IMG/VR virus record: IMGVR_UViG_3300031784_002630
Location: 53,331-73,330 of that record
Reading direction: 5' to 3' (one strand)
DNA from: an uncultured virus (IMG/VR IMGVR_UViG_3300031784_002630)
Lineage: Duplodnaviria; Heunggongvirae; Uroviricota; Caudoviricetes
DNA: 20,000 nucleotides
The notes below the pieces were generated by a model. That model was not told where the DNA came from. It ran no database searches and saw nothing but the letters and a program-made list of their open reading frames with translations. Made by a program: the position numbers and the translations under genes. Below, piece by piece: positions 16,747 to 20,000 of this stretch (positions are counted from its first letter, which is position 1; the number at the start of each line of letters is the position of its first letter).

Positions 16747-19700
16747 TTATTTCTTTTCTAATTCTTTAATTTTATTGTTCAATTCTTGAATTGATTGGAT
16801 TAGGAATGGTACCAATCTTTCGTATGACACTGTTTTATATAACTCCTCATCACCTGTTTGAAGTAATGTTGTATTTGTAACGATTTCAGGTATTATTTTT
16901 TCAACTTCTTGAGCAATTAATCCAAAGTCATTTCCTCTTCTCATAACATCTTTCCAAGTATATGACACAGGTCTTAATTTTTCAATAATACCTAAACTGT
17001 TTTCAAGAGTTTTAACATTATCTTTTAATCTTTCATCTGATGGTGTTGTTGAATATCCAATAATGTTCGCAGTTGCGTGGAAATCACCATATCCACCATT
17101 GTTTGTCATTCTGAACATTTCAGTTCCGTTCAATGAGTATCCAAGATATGAAGTTCCACTGTTGAATATACCTGTGTTTGTATTTGCCGTCCATGAGAAT
17201 GATGGTGCTCCTGCCGAACCTGAAACTCCTGACCTGTAACCCGCGCAGTTGTGGACAAACGAATCCGAACCTTTAATGAATAGACAACAAGATGATTGTA
17301 TTTGTGAACCATTCACTGCGTATACGATATACAAATCAGATACGTTATTACATGTGAATGAACCACCGCTAATACCTGAAGTACCACTTGGACCACTTAA
17401 TCCTGAAGAACCTGTTGTACCTGAAGTACCGCTAGTTCCTGAAGTTCCTGAACTTCCTGAAGTTCTTGATGCCCCTGATGTACCCGCATTTCCTGATGAA
17501 CCCGCTGAACCTGATGTTCCACTTGTACCTGAAGTTGCTGACGCTCCTGAAGCTCCCGCAGCTCCTGATGAACCTGCAGTTCCTGAAGTTCCTGATGAAC
17601 CTGAAGTTGCCGATGAACCTGCAGTTCTTGATGCTCCTGATGAACCTGCAGTTCCTGATGTACCGCTTGAACCTGAAGTTGCTGATGCTCCTGACGCTCC
17701 TGATGAACCTGCAGTTCCTGAAGTTCCTGATGAACCTGAAGTTGCAGATGCTCCTGATGTTCCAGCGTTTCCTGATGCTCCTGACGTACCACTTGTACCT
17801 GAAGTACCTGATGTTGCTGATGCTCCTGACGCTCCTGATGAACCAGCAGTTCCTGATGTACCTGAGGTACCTGATGTTGCCGATTGTCCTGACGCTCCCG
17901 CAGCTCCTGATATACCTGAAGTACCACTTGAACCTGATGTTCCTGATGTACCGCTAGTTCCTGAAGTTGCAGATGCTCCTGATGTTCCAGCGTTTCCTGA
18001 TGCTCCTGACGTACCTGAAGTTCCACTTGTTCCTGAAGTTTGAGATGCTCCTGACGCTCCTGCGGAACCTGATGTACCTGAAGTTCCACTTGTTCCTGAT
18101 GTTGCCGATGCTCCTGACGCTCCTGCGGAACCTGATGTACCTGAAGTTCCACTTGTTCCTGATGTTGCCGATGCTCCTGACGCTCCTGATGAACCACTTG
18201 TACCTGATGTACCACTAGTTCCTGATGTTCTTGAAGCTCCTGATGTTCCATCAACACCTGATGTACCACTTGTACCAGATGAGCCGTTTGTTCCTGATGT
18301 TCCTGATGTTCTTGAAGCTCCTGATGTTCCCGCGACTCCTGATGTTCCTGAAGAACCATTTGTTCCTGATGTCGCTGAAGAACCCGCTGAACCTGAAGTA
18401 CCACTTGTACCTGATGTTCCTGATGTTGCCGATGCTCCTGACGCTCCTGCGGAACCTGATGTACCTGAAGTTCCACTTGTTCCTGATGTTGCCGATGCTC
18501 CTGACGCTCCTGATGAACCTGAAGTTCCCGATGTTCCACTTGAACCTGATGTTGCTGACGCTCCTGATGTACCAGCATTTCCTGATGCTCCTGAAGAACC
18601 ACTTGTTCCTGTTGAACCTGAAGTTGCCGATGAACCTGCTGAACCTGATGTTCCCGATGCTCCTGATACTCCTGATGTTCCACTTGTACCTGAAGTTGCT
18701 GATGAACCTGCTGAACCTGAAGAACCACTTGTACCTGATGTACCGCTAGTTCCTGATGTTCTTGAAGCTCCTGATGTTCCATCAACACCTGATGTACCAC
18801 TTGTACCAGACGAACCGTTTGTTCCTGATGTTCCTGATGTTCTTGAAGCTCCTGATGTTCCCGCAACTCCCGATGTTCCTGAAGAACCGTTTGTTCCTGA
18901 AGTTGCTGAAGAACCTGCCGAACCTGACGAACCACTTATTCCTGAAGTACCAGATGTTCCTGAAGTTGCTGAAGAACCTGCTGAACCTGATGTTCCTGAC
19001 GCTCCTGATGTTCCTGAAGAACCTGAAGTCGCTGATGAACCTGCTGAACCTGATGTTCCTGACGCACCTGATGTTCCTGAAGAACCTGAAGTCGCTGATG
19101 AACCTGCTGAACCTGAAGAACCACTTGTTCCGCTAGTTCCTGATGTACCTGAAGTTGCTGAAGAACCCGCCGAACCTGCTGAACCTGATGTTCCTGAAGT
19201 TCCACTTGAACCTGATGTACCTGATGTACCGCTAGTTCCTGATGTTCTTGAAGCTCCTGATGTTCCATCAGTACCAGAAGTACCACTAGTTCCTGATGAA
19301 CCATTTGTTCCTGATGTTCCTGATGTTCTTGAAGCTCCTGATGTTCCCGCAACTCCTGATGTTCCTGAAGAACCATTTGTTCCTGAAGTTGCCGATGAAC
19401 CTGCCGAACCTGATGAACCACTTATTCCTGAAGTACCAGATGTTCCTGAAGTTGCAGATGAACCTGCTGAACCTGAAGAACCACTTGTTCCGCTAGTTCC
19501 TGATGTACCTGAAGTTGCTGAAGAACCTGCTGAACCTGAAGTTCCGCTAGTTCCGCTTGAACCTGATGTACCCGATGTACCGCTAGTTCCTGATGTTCTT
19601 GAAGCTCCTGATGTTCCATCAGTACCAGAAGTACCACTAGTTCCTGATGAACCGTTTGTTCCTGATGTCCCTGATGTTCTTGAAGCTCCTGATGTTCCCG

Positions 19701-20000
19701 CAACTCCCGATGTTCCTGAAGAACCGTTTGTTCCTGATGTTGCTGAAGAACCAGCCGAACCTGAAGTTCCACTCGTTCCTGAAGTCGCCGATGAACCTGA
19801 AGTTGCTGAAGAACCTGCTGAACCTGATGTTCCACTTGTTCCTGAAGTTGCTGAAGAACCTGAAGTCGCTGAAGAACCTGCTGAACCTGATGTTCCTGAA
19901 GTTCCACTTGAACCTGATGTTCCTGATGTACCGCTAGTTCCTGAAGTTGCTGATGAACCTGCCGAACCTGATGTTCCGCTAGTTCCTGAAGTTCCTGAAG
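16747..20000 (-). CDS. Long fibre protein (5'-partial, >=1083 aa): Gly-X-Y Ser/Thr-rich repeat shaft + small head + peptidase S74 intramolecular chaperone
   Basis: The track's 195-aa ORF (TTG start) continues upstream in frame: ...[37 protein letters not shown]. The same frame reads SGTSGT at the window end. The C-terminus has [10 protein letters not shown]...LRPVSYTW...[12 protein letters not shown]...[17 protein letters not shown]. Confidence 0.88.
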   Translation of the reverse strand, partial: SGTSGTSGTSGSAGSSATSGTSGTSGTSGSSGTSGTSGSAGSSATSGSSATSGTSGTSGSAGSSATSGSSATSGTSGTSGSAGSSATSGTNGSSGTSGVAGTSGASRTSGTSGTNGSSGTSGTSGTDGTSGASRTSGTSGTSGTSGSSGTSGTSGSAGSSATSGTSGTSGTSGSSGSAGSSATSGTSGTSGISGSSGSAGSSATSGTNGSSGTSGVAGTSGASRTSGTSGTNGSSGTSGTSGTDGTSGASRTSGTSGTSGTSGSSGTSGTSGSAGSAGSSATSGTSGTSGTSGSSGSAGSSATSGSSGTSGASGTSGSAGSSATSGSSGTSGASGTSGSAGSSATSGTSGTSGISGSSGSAGSSATSGTNGSSGTSGVAGTSGASRTSGTSGTNGSSGTSGTSGVDGTSGASRTSGTSGTSGTSGSSGSAGSSATSGTSGTSGVSGASGTSGSAGSSATSGSTGTSGSSGASGNAGTSGASATSGSSGTSGTSGSSGASGASATSGTSGTSGTSGSAGASGASATSGTSGTSGTSGSAGSSATSGTNGSSGTSGVAGTSGASRTSGTSGTNGSSGTSGTSGVDGTSGASRTSGTSGTSGTSGSSGASGASATSGTSGTSGTSGSAGASGASATSGTSGTSGTSGSAGASGASQTSGTSGTSGTSGASGNAGTSGASATSGTSGTSGTSGSSGTSGISGAAGASGQSATSGTSGTSGTAGSSGASGASATSGTSGTSGTSGASGNAGTSGASATSGSSGTSGTAGSSGASGASATSGSSGTSGTAGSSGASRTAGSSATSGSSGTSGTAGSSGAAGASGASATSGTSGTSGSAGSSGNAGTSGASRTSGSSGTSGTSGTSGTTGSSGLSGPSGTSGISGGSFTCNNVSDLYIVYAVNGSQIQSSCCLFIKGSDSFVHNCAGYRSGVSGSAGAPSFSWTANTNTGIFNSGTSYLGYSLNGTEMFRMTNNGGYGDFHATANIIGYSTTPSDERLKDNVKTLENSLGIIEKLRPVSYTWKDVMRRGNDFGLIAQEVEKIIPEIVTNTTLLQTGDEELYKTVSYERLVPFLIQSIQELNNKIKELEKK
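17374..20000 (-). repeat. 9-bp-period coding repeat (about 292 Gly-X-Y triplets: [12 protein letters not shown]) with nested higher-order duplications
   Basis: Gly codons sit at positions congruent to 4 mod 9 at both 17374 and 19993. There are 63-bp tandem units at about 18058-18183 and a ~165-bp module repeated four times. Confidence 0.92.

Noticed and set aside
1484..17312. Small nested or antisense ORFs (1484, 2229, 2843, 4910, 6725, 8073, 10380, 10828, 13262, 13691, 15507, 16226, 17130)
   Set aside because: They overlap well-supported genes, have no recognisable motifs and show off-frame composition.
17332..17334. TTG start for a 195-aa S74 protein
   Set aside because: The frame stays open upstream, so this TTG is an internal Leu.
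17249..19937. Long ORFs in the repeat (VPEVPD-rich + frame, QEHQEL-rich - frame, MFLMFL-rich + frame)
   Set aside because: Shadow frames of the 9-bp Gly-Thr-Ser repeat. Only the GTS frame runs continuously into the S74 domain.
17374..20000. CRISPR array or non-coding satellite
   Set aside because: No constant repeat with unique spacers. Variation is concentrated at synonymous positions and preserves codon phase.

Overview
AT-rich, gene-dense window that most likely comes from a large tailed phage. It has no membrane or transport genes and carries a fibre gene with a peptidase-S74 chaperone. The + strand (189-15173) is a translationally coupled 14-gene operon of apparently soluble glycan-building and tailoring enzymes. 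These include two full Aah/TibC-type protein O-heptosyltransferase domains (one fused to a GT4 domain), a truncated TibC-like paralog, a GT9, GT4-FkbM and GT2 fusions, a NodU/CmcH carbamoyltransferase, methyltransferases, a short DegT aminotransferase, a NeuD/PglD acetyltransferase, an SGNH-like protein and a DUF6165-like protein. Converging on it from the - strand is a structural module. Its main gene is a >1080-aa fibre that the ORF track captured only at its C-terminus, made of about 290 in-register Gly-(Thr/Ser/Ala)-Ser triplets and ending in an S74 autocleaving chaperone. Two small virion-like proteins and a 2OG-Fe(II) oxygenase follow. Main hypothesis (inference): a virus-encoded protein O-hyperglycosylation system that coats a Ser/Thr-rich fibre with a heavily decorated glycan. 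All family assignments come from motif recognition; no searches were run.
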